Source of the DNA: Planctomycetota bacterium
GTDB taxonomy: Bacteria; Planctomycetota; GCA-002687715; DRQF01
Length of the DNA: 26,213 nucleotides
Assembly: GCA_027001995.1 (NCBI GenBank)
Contig: JALTLO010000086.1
Location: 1-26,213 of the forward strand
Reading direction: 5' to 3'
The notes beneath the pieces were generated by a model. The model searched no databases. It saw only the letters and a program-made list of their open reading frames with translations, and was not told where the DNA came from. Shown one piece after another: positions 7,543 through 17,739 of this stretch. Within the stretch, counting starts at the first letter, position 1, and every line of letters begins with the position of its first letter. A program made the position numbers and the translations under genes.

Positions 7543-8571
7543 CTATAGGTTCGTCCAAGCGCCGTTTTGGTAGATGATGTCGGTGTCGAGAGTGACGGTG
7601 TCGGTGAGGACGAAGACGTCGACGTGGTGTTTGGCGATTTTTCTTTTGATGTGGGGCTTCTTGTAGGTCAGGTGTTTGAGGCCCAAGGATAAATGGACAC
7701 CACACATCCGTTCGAAGCTGCCCACATCGCAGACTACCTTATCTTGGGTGAATGCACGGTTCAGACCCAAACCCAATTCGCGTACCCAGACAGATCCTTC
7801 GTCTTCTCGAATTCTGGACAACACAGCGTCGAATTCGGGGGTGGAGTCTTCGGTGCCAACGACTCTTCCTTCTTCGATGATCAGAGTGATAGGGATCGGG
7901 GGACGATTGACAGTGAACGTACGATCGCCGAAGAAGGATATCTTAGCCCGGCCATGGACAGCTTCTAATTCCTTTGACTCGGTGAACACCTCGCCAATGG
8001 GATACTGGCCCCCGGCGTTTTTCATAGCGCTGTAATCACCGATGTTGATCTTGGCTGTTTCGAAGGATGCGGGGAAGATAAGTTCTTCGCCTTCGCTGAT
8101 AATAACACACCTGGTGGCCTCGTCGATCTTCTTCTTGAGGTTGTGCCCAACGCCTCGAAAGTATTGGGGATCATAAGCGAGGGAGTCGATATAGGTTTCT
8201 CCTTCTTGGCCACACATGCGCCCCAAGTGGGGGTGCTCAATCACTTTCAAACCGCGATTGAAGAGTTCGATGCGAATGCGATAAGCATCCAAGCGAAAAC
8301 TTGTAGATTGGACCAGAACAACCAGATCTCCTTCAGTCAATGGTTCGAAAGCCGCCAAAATGGCTTCTCGATCATGGGTGCCGAAATCGAGGAATGTGGC
8401 TTTGGGCAGAGCCAAGCGATAGGCCTGGGTCAAAACTCGTGATAGGTCGCTATCTCCATCCCAAACCACAACGGCCTTGTGAGTGTCGTCGAAGGTAAAA
8501 GCATACTTGAGGATGTCAGAAACGTGTTTGCTGGCAATCTCGATGGTGTGTTCTGGGATAGTGTTTGGCAT
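7543..8571 (-). CDS. M29 (aminopeptidase T / thermophilic metalloprotease)-like protein
   Basis: Motifs QYPIGEVF, RELGLGLN, FERMCGVHLSLG and HVDV follow the M29-like metal-ligand pattern. I set the start at ATG 8571 (MPNTIP) because the longer ORF runs into the divergent promoter region. Confidence 0.7.
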   Translation of the reverse strand: MPNTIPEHTIEIASKHVSDILKYAFTFDDTHKAVVVWDGDSDLSRVLTQAYRLALPKATFLDFGTHDREAILAAFEPLTEGDLVVLVQSTSFRLDAYRIRIELFNRGLKVIEHPHLGRMCGQEGETYIDSLAYDPQYFRGVGHNLKKKIDEATRCVIISEGEELIFPASFETAKINIGDYSAMKNAGGQYPIGEVFTESKELEAVHGRAKISFFGDRTFTVNRPPIPITLIIEEGRVVGTEDSTPEFDAVLSRIREDEGSVWVRELGLGLNRAFTQDKVVCDVGSFERMCGVHLSLGLKHLTYKKPHIKRKIAKHHVDVFVLTDTVTLDTDIIYQNGAWTNL

Positions 8572-8735
8572 CTTCTTGTTCTGGGTCTGAAGGATATGAA
8601 CTTGCGTATGATCGTCGGCACATTGTGTGCGATTTCCTCGCGTTTCCCAAACCCCATGGCCGTTGCAAGAAAGAGTTGTTTCGCGCAAGATATGAAACGC
8701 AACTCGTGGCTAAGGTAGAAGTGGGTCGAGATTTG

Positions 8736-9527
8736 ATGGCAATAGATCGCCTAATTGAAATTGAAAAGGGGATTTTTTCGAAACTAGGGGTGGCTCAAGT
8801 TGTTGATGCCCTTCAAGTGAAAGGCCGGATCGTCAGCGAAGATACCCGCTCGGTGATGAAAATAGTAGAGATTGGCAGCAGCCGGGTGTTTCTGAAAGTC
8901 TTTGACTACCGCCAGTCTCATAAACGATGGCGCTATGCTTTTCGCAAGAGTCATTGTTTGCGGGAATTCGCTAACTTTGAATTCTTGGCATCTTTGGGTA
9001 TTTCGTGTCCGACCCCTTTGGCCACAGGTGAAAGCCGCAATTATCTGAGACCCCTTGTGAGTTGCTTGGTGACCAGGGAGCTTGGAGATTACCGAGTGCT
9101 ATCCGATCTTCTTGAACGCCGCCAATTGGATGGACGGCAGTTGCAAGTCATCGCTGGGGTGTTGAGTGAACAAGTGGCGAGAATGCATGAGGCTGGGTAC
9201 ATCGACCGGGATCTCAAATTTCGCAATATCCTCATTCGTCTCGAAGACCAGCTTGATGTAGCTCATGTTGATTGCGCCCAAGGGCGTTTGCGAAAGGGTT
9301 TATCATTTGCCCGTGGCGTGGTTCATGATTTGTCTACCCTTGACAAACATGCGCCTCAGTTTCTGACTCCTTTTCAGCGATTGCGATTTTTGGTCTACTA
9401 TTGTCGGCATCGAGGATTGGCTTCCCATGAAGCAAAACGACTGGCCCGTTCGGTGTTGCAACGACGAGCCGAACTTTGGCGCCGCGGCGGTGGAGAAAAG
9501 GTGCTTCTTCAAAGGAGAGAGTCTTAG
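8736..9527 (+). CDS. Lipopolysaccharide kinase (Kdo/WaaP/InaA family)
   Basis: VFLK, REFANF...LGISCPTPLA, LVTREL, RMHEAGYIDRDLKFRNIL and HDLSTL...RLRFL. Start reassigned to ATG 8736. Confidence 0.8.
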   Translation: MAIDRLIEIEKGIFSKLGVAQVVDALQVKGRIVSEDTRSVMKIVEIGSSRVFLKVFDYRQSHKRWRYAFRKSHCLREFANFEFLASLGISCPTPLATGESRNYLRPLVSCLVTRELGDYRVLSDLLERRQLDGRQLQVIAGVLSEQVARMHEAGYIDRDLKFRNILIRLEDQLDVAHVDCAQGRLRKGLSFARGVVHDLSTLDKHAPQFLTPFQRLRFLVYYCRHRGLASHEAKRLARSVLQRRAELWRRGGGEKVLLQRRES

Positions 9528-11375
9528 ATGAAATTTCGGTCTATTCGAGTCAGGACTTGGTTGTTCTTGGGCGTATTCTTTCTTGCTGCTGTTGCTTCAT
9601 TTGGTCAAACACTCAGCGACGGTGGCCGGATCTTCGCTGATCAATTGAAAGGCGCCGGTTGGACATCGATATCGCAGGTCGGTCCTGTGAGTCTCAAAGC
9701 TAGACGAGGGCGCCTTTGTTCCAATGATATGGTCAATGCGGTGGAGTCAGCCAAGGAGTTGACCGCCAAACAACAATTAGCGCTTTTGGACGTGGCTCGT
9801 ATTAAGATTGATGAGGCCGGTTGGCTTCTCGGGGCGAAGGTGGCTCCTGGGAACTACCGATTGGGGCTGCAGTTTGATCGTAAAAGGCCCTGTTGGGTTC
9901 TTCTTGATGCCAAGGGTAAAGAACTCGCCAAACTCACCCTGGTCATTTTCTCTGAATCCCGCAACGTGGTGCAGGCGAGTATCGCGAAGAAGGATGGCTT
10001 CTATCTGCTGCGCTTGACTTGTGGAGGTATCGTTTCCGTTTTTCGCTTCGTCACGGAGAAGGCCCACAACGACTGTCTGAAAACCCTGACTCAAACGAAT
10101 TACAAACGGATTCACCTCCATAGCGATGTCGGTGATGAGGATTTTCTCTTGGATCTTGCCAAGACGTTAGAGGGGCAAATTGATGTTCAGCTTGAACTCT
10201 ATGGTGGGAAACCGCCAGTGGCGCCTTTCGAAATCTACATCTTCAAGAATTTCGATGCCTACGCCCGTCTCGATCAGATCGTCACTGATGGCAAGTTTCG
10301 TTTCGCCGGGGGATTCACGTCAAGCCTTACAGACAAAGCATATTTCAACCCAAGATTAGCCCCTCTTGAGATGCCCAATGGTAAGCTGGCATATCCTCTC
10401 GACACGCGAGCTTCCATAAGCCATGAATTGAATCATGCCGTGGCTCAACGATTGCGCCCAGGAGCGATTTGGGATTGGGCCGATTGGTTGGCTGAAGGAC
10501 TGGCAGAACTTGGGGTCGAGCTATCTTTGAATCGTAGGGCAGGACAAGATGGTGAGAAGGATTACCAGCAAATTGCTGGGCAAGTGCGGCACTTTCAGGA
10601 GATTGGTGTCTTGCCCACGGAAGAGGATCTTTCCGGTGGTGAGATGAGCGCCAGTCGGCGTGGCTTTTATGCCATGGCCTACATGGTTTGTCGGCGTCTT
10701 CATCGTGATGGTCATGTCAGGGCCATTCTTGCGGCCAACGATCAGGTGCGATCCGCCCGAGATTCTGAGAGGGCTATTCGCCGGGTGGTGAATGAACACT
10801 ATGGCAGCTTCAAGAAGTTGTATCAGATGGCTTTGCAGGACGCCTTGGCTTTGGAACCCAGCCCAGCGATTCTCTGGGGCTTCTTAGAATGGCATAAGAA
10901 ACGGATGCGGGTGACATCGTCGGACAACAAGGTCGCTGAGATTGTTTTGCCTCAGAAGCATACCTCAGCGAAGAAGTTTCGTCTTCAATTCGACTTCTCT
11001 TTTGAGGACAGCCGGTCCAATCAAGTGGATATCTATTTCGGTTTCCAACTTGGTCGCCATCTCAATCAGTTCATGAAGATCAGCATCCTGCCCCAAGAAA
11101 TCTCCATGCGCCAGTTTTATCACGGCAAGTGGCGAGGGCTGGGAAGGGTGAGTTACAAGAAGTCGTTGGGTGTGGGGGATGCCACAGAACTTCGTTGGCA
11201 TCAAGTGACCCTCAGCTTCGTGGCCGGAAAGAAAATCCGTGTTGAATTGGGGAATGGGCGTTGGGCTACATTTGATCCCCCTGAATATATGCCCCTGGTG
11301 GACGGTCGACTTGGAGTGGGTACTTACAATGGCTCGGTTTGGATTCGCCGTATTAAGTTCGTTGAACTCCAGTAG
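9528..11375 (+). CDS. Secreted gluzincin (peptidase MA-like) metalloprotease with a C-terminal beta-sandwich (ConA/DUF1080-like) domain
   Basis: Signal peptide, HELNH followed by WLAEGLAE (HExxH...E), upstream GGF motif, and a C-terminal beta-rich domain ending GRLGVGTYNGSVWIRRIKF. It abuts the upstream gene (TAG-ATG). Confidence 0.7.
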   Translation: MKFRSIRVRTWLFLGVFFLAAVASFGQTLSDGGRIFADQLKGAGWTSISQVGPVSLKARRGRLCSNDMVNAVESAKELTAKQQLALLDVARIKIDEAGWLLGAKVAPGNYRLGLQFDRKRPCWVLLDAKGKELAKLTLVIFSESRNVVQASIAKKDGFYLLRLTCGGIVSVFRFVTEKAHNDCLKTLTQTNYKRIHLHSDVGDEDFLLDLAKTLEGQIDVQLELYGGKPPVAPFEIYIFKNFDAYARLDQIVTDGKFRFAGGFTSSLTDKAYFNPRLAPLEMPNGKLAYPLDTRASISHELNHAVAQRLRPGAIWDWADWLAEGLAELGVELSLNRRAGQDGEKDYQQIAGQVRHFQEIGVLPTEEDLSGGEMSASRRGFYAMAYMVCRRLHRDGHVRAILAANDQVRSARDSERAIRRVVNEHYGSFKKLYQMALQDALALEPSPAILWGFLEWHKKRMRVTSSDNKVAEIVLPQKHTSAKKFRLQFDFSFEDSRSNQVDIYFGFQLGRHLNQFMKISILPQEISMRQFYHGKWRGLGRVSYKKSLGVGDATELRWHQVTLSFVAGKKIRVELGNGRWATFDPPEYMPLVDGRLGVGTYNGSVWIRRIKFVELQ

Positions 11376-11491
11376 ACTTGAATTGGGAACAAGGCTGAGA
11401 TCAGCTATCACTACTGAGCCGATTTACTCATGGCCCATTGAGTGTCACGAGGTTGAAACGCGGGCTTCATGCGAGACTCTGGAGAAATGCA

Positions 11492-14134
11492 ATGACCACT
11501 GAGAATGCCACCCCGAAAACTGTCTATTTGAAGGACTATGAAGTACCAAGCTACTTGGCCCCTCAGGTCGAATTGCACTTTGATCTCTATGATGATCACG
11601 CCTTGATCTTGAATCGGACTCACTACCAAAAGAACCCGCTTTCAAGCAGCGGTACTTTGGACTTGGCCGGGGTTCCAGAAACATTGGTGAGCTTAGCTAT
11701 TGATGGGGAACTTTTGGGAGAAAATGACTATGAAGTGACCCCCCAAGGTCTTCGCTTGAGCAACTTGCCAGAATCCTTCGATTTGGAAGTGACCACCAGG
11801 ACTGAGCCTCAAAACAATAAGACGTTTGAGGGCCTCTATCTTTCGAGTGCCATGTTCTCGACTCAATGTGAAGCCGAAGGGTTTCGCACTTTCACTTTTC
11901 ATCCCGACCGTCCCGATGTCATGGGCATTTTCACCACAACTCTGACTGCGGACAAAGTGAAGTATCCCGTCCTTTTGGCCAACGGGAATTTGGTTGCCGA
12001 AGCTGAGCTGGACGATGGTAGGCACTTGGCCAGGTGGCATGATCCGTTCAGAAAACCAAGCTATCTTTTTGCTCTTGTGGCCGGAGATTTAGGGATGGTG
12101 GAGGACAGCTTCACCACCATGACTGGCCGCGAGATCGCTATTAGGGTCTACGTAGACAAAGGCGATGAAGACAAGACGGCCCATGCTATCGATTCTTTGA
12201 AGCGGGCGATGAAGTGGGACGAAGACACCTACGGGCGAGAGTATGATCTTGATCTGTTCATGATCGTCGCCGTTGCTGACTTCAACATGGGCGCTATGGA
12301 GAACAAAGGCCTTAACATCTTTAACTCGGCGGCAGTTTTAACCCGTGGGGACACGGCGACAGATGCAGACTATCAAAGAGTTGAGGGCATTGTTGCTCAC
12401 GAGTATTTCCACAACTGGAGTGGCAATCGGGTGACCTTGCGAGATTGGTTTCAGCTCAGCCTCAAGGAAGGATTCACAGTCTTTCGTGATCAAAGTTTCT
12501 CAGCGGACATGAATGGGAAGGCAGTGAAGCGAATTGAAGATGTACGTCATCTACGTGCGGCTCAATTTGTGGAAGATGGCGGCCCCATGGCCCATCCCAT
12601 TCGCCCGGAGTCCTTCATTAAAATCGACAATTTCTATACGTTGACAGTCTACGAGAAAGGGGCTGAAGTGGTGGGGATGATGCACACACTTTTGGGTGCT
12701 GAAACCTTCCGTAAAGCAACAGATCTCTATTTCGATCGCCATGATGGCCAAGCAGTTACATGCGAGGACTTTGTCTTGGCGATGGAGGATGCATCGGGCC
12801 AAGACCTCGCCCAGTTTCGTCGTTGGTATTCTCAGGCAGGAACTCCCCGCATTGCCTTTGAAGGTGTCTATGACGAATCCAATTCCACTTACTCCTTGAC
12901 TTTGACTCAAAGACAGTTGCCCAGTCCAGGCCAGAAAACCAAAGAGGTTTTGCATATTCCTATTGCCGTGGGTCTCATCGATTCAGACGGACGAGATTTG
13001 CCTATCCGCCTTCAAGGTGAGAATGCTCCTTCGGGTACGACGCGGGTCTTAGACCTGAAGGAAGAGTCCCAGGTGTTCGTCTTTGAAGATGTGTCGTCTT
13101 CTTGTGTGCCGAGTGTTCTTCGAGGGTTCTCTGCTCCTTGCATCATCGATTGCGACATTCCCGAAGATGATCTTCTCTTGCGCTTGGCTCATGACTCTGA
13201 TGGCTTCAATCGTTGGGACGCTGGCCAAACGTTGGCATTGACTTGCTTGAAGTCGATGGTAGATGAGCTTCATCGGGGCAGCCCCGCCACCACATCCACG
13301 GAATTCGTAGAAGCTATGGGAGCTGTTTTTTCTAACCGAGAATTGGATTGCGCTCTGGCAGCGGAGACTTTGATCTTGCCGTCAGAGTCTTATCTCGGGG
13401 ATAACATGGAAGTGGTGCTTGTCGATGAGATTCATCAAGCGCGCTGTCAATTGCGGAAAGATATGGCCTTGGCTCACCGCGACATCTTAGAAGCTCGCTA
13501 TGAGGAGTTGGCTGATGAGACTCTGAAATTTGATGCCGCTTCCATGGGAAGAAGACGCCTAAGAAACGTTTGCCTTGGTTATCTCGCCGCCCTGGCAGAC
13601 GAAGCGAGTATCAACATGGTGGCGGCTCACTACAAGTCTGCCAACAACATGACCGATGAAATCGCCGGTTTTGCCCTCCTGACGGACATGGACTGCGCTC
13701 ACAGAGTTGAGGCTATTGAGTCGTTCCGTGATAAGTGGGCCCATGAGTCTTTGGTCATGAACAAGTGGTTCGTGGTTCAGGCCATGTCGAGCCTTCCCGG
13801 TGTTTTGGACGAGATCAGATCACTTTGGAAATCCCCTGAATTTGACGAAAACAATCCCAACAAAGTACGTTCTTTGTTGAGTGTCTTCGCTGCTAACCAA
13901 TTGAGGTTTCACGCGGTGGACGGGAGTGGTTATCAGTTCATGGCTGATAAAGTCATCGAAATTGATGGCCGGAATCCTCAATTGGCAGCCCGCTTGGTGG
14001 CTCCTTTGGCGAAATGGAGGCGCTTTGATACTGGCCGTCAAGAGCAGATTAAGCGAGCACTTCAACGAATCGTTGACAGCCAAGGCATTTCTGACAACTG
14101 TTTTGAACTTGCCAAGAAGAGTTTAGAAGGATGA
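11492..14134 (+). CDS. pepN: Aminopeptidase N (M1 family)
   Basis: TQCEAEGFR, GAMENKGLNIFN, HEYFHNWSGNRVT..DWFQLSLKEG, YEKGAEV and NPNKVRSL. Start ATG 11492 with GGAG SD. Confidence 0.97.
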   Translation: MTTENATPKTVYLKDYEVPSYLAPQVELHFDLYDDHALILNRTHYQKNPLSSSGTLDLAGVPETLVSLAIDGELLGENDYEVTPQGLRLSNLPESFDLEVTTRTEPQNNKTFEGLYLSSAMFSTQCEAEGFRTFTFHPDRPDVMGIFTTTLTADKVKYPVLLANGNLVAEAELDDGRHLARWHDPFRKPSYLFALVAGDLGMVEDSFTTMTGREIAIRVYVDKGDEDKTAHAIDSLKRAMKWDEDTYGREYDLDLFMIVAVADFNMGAMENKGLNIFNSAAVLTRGDTATDADYQRVEGIVAHEYFHNWSGNRVTLRDWFQLSLKEGFTVFRDQSFSADMNGKAVKRIEDVRHLRAAQFVEDGGPMAHPIRPESFIKIDNFYTLTVYEKGAEVVGMMHTLLGAETFRKATDLYFDRHDGQAVTCEDFVLAMEDASGQDLAQFRRWYSQAGTPRIAFEGVYDESNSTYSLTLTQRQLPSPGQKTKEVLHIPIAVGLIDSDGRDLPIRLQGENAPSGTTRVLDLKEESQVFVFEDVSSSCVPSVLRGFSAPCIIDCDIPEDDLLLRLAHDSDGFNRWDAGQTLALTCLKSMVDELHRGSPATTSTEFVEAMGAVFSNRELDCALAAETLILPSESYLGDNMEVVLVDEIHQARCQLRKDMALAHRDILEARYEELADETLKFDAASMGRRRLRNVCLGYLAALADEASINMVAAHYKSANNMTDEIAGFALLTDMDCAHRVEAIESFRDKWAHESLVMNKWFVVQAMSSLPGVLDEIRSLWKSPEFDENNPNKVRSLLSVFAANQLRFHAVDGSGYQFMADKVIEIDGRNPQLAARLVAPLAKWRRFDTGRQEQIKRALQRIVDSQGISDNCFELAKKSLEG

Positions 14135-14967
14135 GTTACGAGCCAAGCTATTTGGTGATGGAAGATCCCCAAGGTGGGGCAGAGCAGCAGTTGTTCTTGG
14201 TCCACGGAATCTTAGGGTCTTCGAAGAACTGGCGAGTTTTCTCCCAACGGTTTGTTGCTCTCAACCCCACATGGCGTATTGTCCTGGTTGATCTTCCGGC
14301 CCACGGCATGAACCGTGGGGCACCTCCGCCCTATGATTTGCCCGCTTGCGGTCGACTCATCTTGTCTCTGGTCAGGAAATTGGGGGCACCTCGGGCGCTG
14401 ATTGGTCATTCCTTTGGGGGGAAGGTGGTGACAGAGGCGTCCATGCAACTGTCCAGTGACCCTTTGGGGGTGGCCGTCCTGGATTGCCCTCTCTTGGCGA
14501 TGGAATCGGTCACCCGAAGCAACTCGGAGATCGGCAAAGTCATCCAGATTATCGGCGCCATTGATCAGCCGGTGTTGAGAAGGTCCACTGTTTCCGACCT
14601 CTTTCAAGAAGCTGGATTCTCCAAGTCCTTATCCGGCTGGATGGCAACCAATTTGATCAAGAACCAGGATGGAGAGGGTTATGTCTGGCATTTCTTAGCT
14701 GAGGCCATTCCTGACCTATTAGAAGACTATTGGTCTAGGGATTATCACCAGCATTTGGAAGATCCCGGCAAGGAACGGGAGTTCCTGCTCCTTAAGGCGG
14801 CGCAATCTGATCGATTTGGCCCGGAAGAGTTGGCTAAGTCTCAGGAAATGGCGGAAGCCGGACGGATTCAATGGCAAGAACTCCCGAATGCGGGACATTG
14901 GTTGCATATCGACAATCCAGATGGTCTTTTGAGCGCTCTGAAGCAGTTTCTTTCTCAGCTCTCCTGA
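14131..14967 (+). CDS. Alpha/beta-fold hydrolase, YbfF/ABHD11-like esterase
   Basis: HGILGSSKNW, DLPAHG, nucleophile motif GHSFGGKV and C-terminal AGHWLHIDNP. ATGA overlap with pepN. Confidence 0.85.
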   Translation: MSYEPSYLVMEDPQGGAEQQLFLVHGILGSSKNWRVFSQRFVALNPTWRIVLVDLPAHGMNRGAPPPYDLPACGRLILSLVRKLGAPRALIGHSFGGKVVTEASMQLSSDPLGVAVLDCPLLAMESVTRSNSEIGKVIQIIGAIDQPVLRRSTVSDLFQEAGFSKSLSGWMATNLIKNQDGEGYVWHFLAEAIPDLLEDYWSRDYHQHLEDPGKEREFLLLKAAQSDRFGPEELAKSQEMAEAGRIQWQELPNAGHWLHIDNPDGLLSALKQFLSQLS

Positions 14968-15058
14968 TTGCGCCTTTCTGGTTTGTTGAAAGGTGTTTAT
15001 GATCCGTCGTCGGGCTTAACTTCCGGCAGAGAATCGCATTTTTTGGCAGAGGATAGAC

Positions 15059-17731
15059 ATGGCTGACGAAATTGACATCGATCCGGAAGAAACGGGCGAA
15101 TGGATAGAGTCCCTTCGCGCTGTGGTCAAGCATGATGGGCAAGAAAGAGCCCAATACTTGATTCAGAAGTTGATCCGAGAAGCACGGGCTTGCGGGGCTT
15201 ATCCCGAGCAAATCCTCAACACGGATTATGTCAACACGGTTCCAGCGTCGAAGGATTCGATTTATCCTGGTAGTGATGACATGGAAAGGCGGATTCGCCG
15301 AATCAACCGTTGGAACGCCGCTGTGATGGTGGCACGGGCCAACAACAGATTTCCTGGGTTGGGCGGTCACATGTCCACCTTTGCCTCGTCTGCCACCATC
15401 ATGGATGTGGCTTACAATCATTTCTTTCGCGGAAAAAACGGCGAGGAGTCCGGCGACCAAGTCTACATTCAAGGACATGGATCTCCTGGGGTCTATGCCC
15501 GGGCTTTCTTGGAAGGGCGCATGAGTGAAGAGACCCTTGATCACTTCCGCCGGGAAACCGGAGCAGAAGATGGTTTGTCCTCCTATCCCCATCCACGTTT
15601 GATGCCTGATTTTTGGGAGTTTCCCACGGTGTCCATGGGTTTAGGACCTATTTCGGCCATTTATCAAGCTCGGTTTAATCGCTATTTGCACGCCCGCGGT
15701 CTTTGTGACACATCCAATTCACGGGTTTGGTACTACATGGGGGATGGTGAGTCGGACGAGCCAGAATCCTTGGGTTCCTTGTCGATTGCCGCTCGGGAGA
15801 ATCTTGACAATCTGATCTTTGTGGTGAACTGCAATCTCCAACGATTGGATGGGCCGGTTCGTGGCAACGGAAAAATCGTTCAAGAGCTTGAGCGAGTTTT
15901 TGCTGGCAACGGTTGGAATGTTGTGAAGTGCCTCTGGGGCCGAGATTGGGATCCTCTTTTCGCTGCTGATGATGATGGGGTCTTAGTGGAAGAACTCAAC
16001 AAAGTTGTTGACGGGGAGTGGCAGAAATATGGCTCAGAATCCGGCGACTACACCAGGCGAGAATTCTTCGGCAAAGATCCGAGAATGCTGGAAATGGTGG
16101 AAGAAATCAGCGATGACAAGATTCTCCGCCTACGCCGTGGTGGCCATGACCCGGTCAAGGTTTATTCGGCCTACAAGGAAGCCTGCAAGACCAAGGGTCG
16201 TCCTACAGTTATTCTCTTCCACACAGTGAAGGGCTGGACTTTGGGCGAAGGATTCGAAGCCAGCAACGTCACCCATCAAATGAAGAAGTTGACCTTCGAT
16301 CAGCTCAAGAAATTCCGTGATCGTTTGCACCTGCCCATTGCCGATGAAGATATCTTGGATGCTAAGTACTACCATCCTGGTGAAGACAGCGATGAGGTGA
16401 AGTACATCCAAATGTGCCGTCGAGCATTGGGGGGATACATCCCCAGTCGCCGATCCCAAGAAACGACAAAACTTGGGAAACCCGATGAGGCACTTTTTGA
16501 GGAATTCGATGGTGGCAGTGGTGCTGGTCGCGGCGTTTCGACGACCATGGCTTTCGTTCGGCTACTGTCAAAATTGTTGAAAGACAAAAAGGTCGGCAAG
16601 CATGTGGTGCCGGTTGTTCCTGATGAAGCCAGAACTTTCGGCATGGACTCTCTGTTTCGTCAAGTGGGCATCTATGCTCATGAAGGTCAGAAGTACGAGC
16701 CGATCGATCGCAACATGTTGCTCTACTATCGAGAAGCTGCGGATGGTCAACTCTTAGAAGAGGGTATTACCGAAGCGGGAGCTATGTCATCGTTCATCGC
16801 TGCAGGAACGAGCCACGCAACTCATAACGTGCCTATGATTCCTTTTTATGTGTTCTATAGCATGTTTGGTTTCCAACGAATTGCTGACCTCATTTGGTCT
16901 TTCGCAGATAGCCGGGGGCGAGGTTTTCTCTTGGGAGCGACTGCAGGTCGAACGACTTTGAATGGCGAGGGACTTCAGCACGAAGATGGACACAGCCATT
17001 TGATGGCCACAACAGTTCCGTCCATTCGAGCCTATGACCCGGCTTTTGCCTATGAGATTGCAGTCATCATCAAGGACGGTTTAAAACGGATGTACCAAGA
17101 CTGCGAAGATGTTTTCTACTACATGACTTTGCAGAACGAAAACTATGAGATGCCAGCAAAGCCAAGCACAAGAAACTTGGATGAGGGCATTATCAATGGG
17201 CTCTATCGCTTCAAGAAAGCAGAAACGAAGAAAAAGCACCAAGCTCAAATTTTGGCCAGCGGCTGTATCATGCTTCAAGCACTGCGTGCTCAAGAAATCT
17301 TGAGCGAGAAGTTCGATGTCGCAGCAGATGTATGGTCGGCAACGAGCTATCAACTTCTGCGCAATGACGCTTTGGCTTGCGAGCGTTGGAATCGTTTGAA
17401 TCCGAAGAAGAAGAGCAAAGTCCCATTCGTCTCCAAGGCTCTGAAAGATGCTAAAGGGCCTATCGTAGCGGTCAGTGACTACATGAAGATGGTGCCCGAA
17501 CAGATCACCCGTTGGATTCCAAACACTTTCGTTCCTCTTGGTACGGATGGATTCGGTTTGAGTGATACCCGTGAAGCGCTGCGACGTCATTTTGAAGTAG
17601 ATGCGGAGTCGATTGTTATTGGTGTTTTGGATGGCTTGAAACAAGATGGCATTGTCGATGCCAGTTTTGTGGACGGGGCCATCAAGGAGTTGTCAGTTGA
17701 CCCTGGCAAGATCGACCCGATGTCCGTCTGA
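15059..17731 (+). CDS. aceE: Pyruvate dehydrogenase E1, homodimeric type
   Basis: DIDPEETGEW, GGHMSTFAS, LSSYPHPRLMPDFWEFPTVSMGLGP, the TPP motif GDGESDEPES...NCNLQRLDGPV, and GRTTLNGEGLQHEDGHS. Confidence 0.97.
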   Translation: MADEIDIDPEETGEWIESLRAVVKHDGQERAQYLIQKLIREARACGAYPEQILNTDYVNTVPASKDSIYPGSDDMERRIRRINRWNAAVMVARANNRFPGLGGHMSTFASSATIMDVAYNHFFRGKNGEESGDQVYIQGHGSPGVYARAFLEGRMSEETLDHFRRETGAEDGLSSYPHPRLMPDFWEFPTVSMGLGPISAIYQARFNRYLHARGLCDTSNSRVWYYMGDGESDEPESLGSLSIAARENLDNLIFVVNCNLQRLDGPVRGNGKIVQELERVFAGNGWNVVKCLWGRDWDPLFAADDDGVLVEELNKVVDGEWQKYGSESGDYTRREFFGKDPRMLEMVEEISDDKILRLRRGGHDPVKVYSAYKEACKTKGRPTVILFHTVKGWTLGEGFEASNVTHQMKKLTFDQLKKFRDRLHLPIADEDILDAKYYHPGEDSDEVKYIQMCRRALGGYIPSRRSQETTKLGKPDEALFEEFDGGSGAGRGVSTTMAFVRLLSKLLKDKKVGKHVVPVVPDEARTFGMDSLFRQVGIYAHEGQKYEPIDRNMLLYYREAADGQLLEEGITEAGAMSSFIAAGTSHATHNVPMIPFYVFYSMFGFQRIADLIWSFADSRGRGFLLGATAGRTTLNGEGLQHEDGHSHLMATTVPSIRAYDPAFAYEIAVIIKDGLKRMYQDCEDVFYYMTLQNENYEMPAKPSTRNLDEGIINGLYRFKKAETKKKHQAQILASGCIMLQALRAQEILSEKFDVAADVWSATSYQLLRNDALACERWNRLNPKKKSKVPFVSKALKDAKGPIVAVSDYMKMVPEQITRWIPNTFVPLGTDGFGLSDTREALRRHFEVDAESIVIGVLDGLKQDGIVDASFVDGAIKELSVDPGKIDPMSV

Positions 17732-17739
17732 GAGCTGTT

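Noticed and set aside
8565..8688. Apparent head-to-head overlap of the aminopeptidase and kinase ORFs
   Set aside because: This is an artefact of longest-ORF calling. Starts at 8571 (-) and 8736 (+) leave a normal divergent promoter region.
14834..15592. 252-aa antisense ORF, and similar shadow ORFs such as 17081-17644 and 24418-25095
   Set aside because: They overlap well-supported conserved genes and carry no recognisable motifs.
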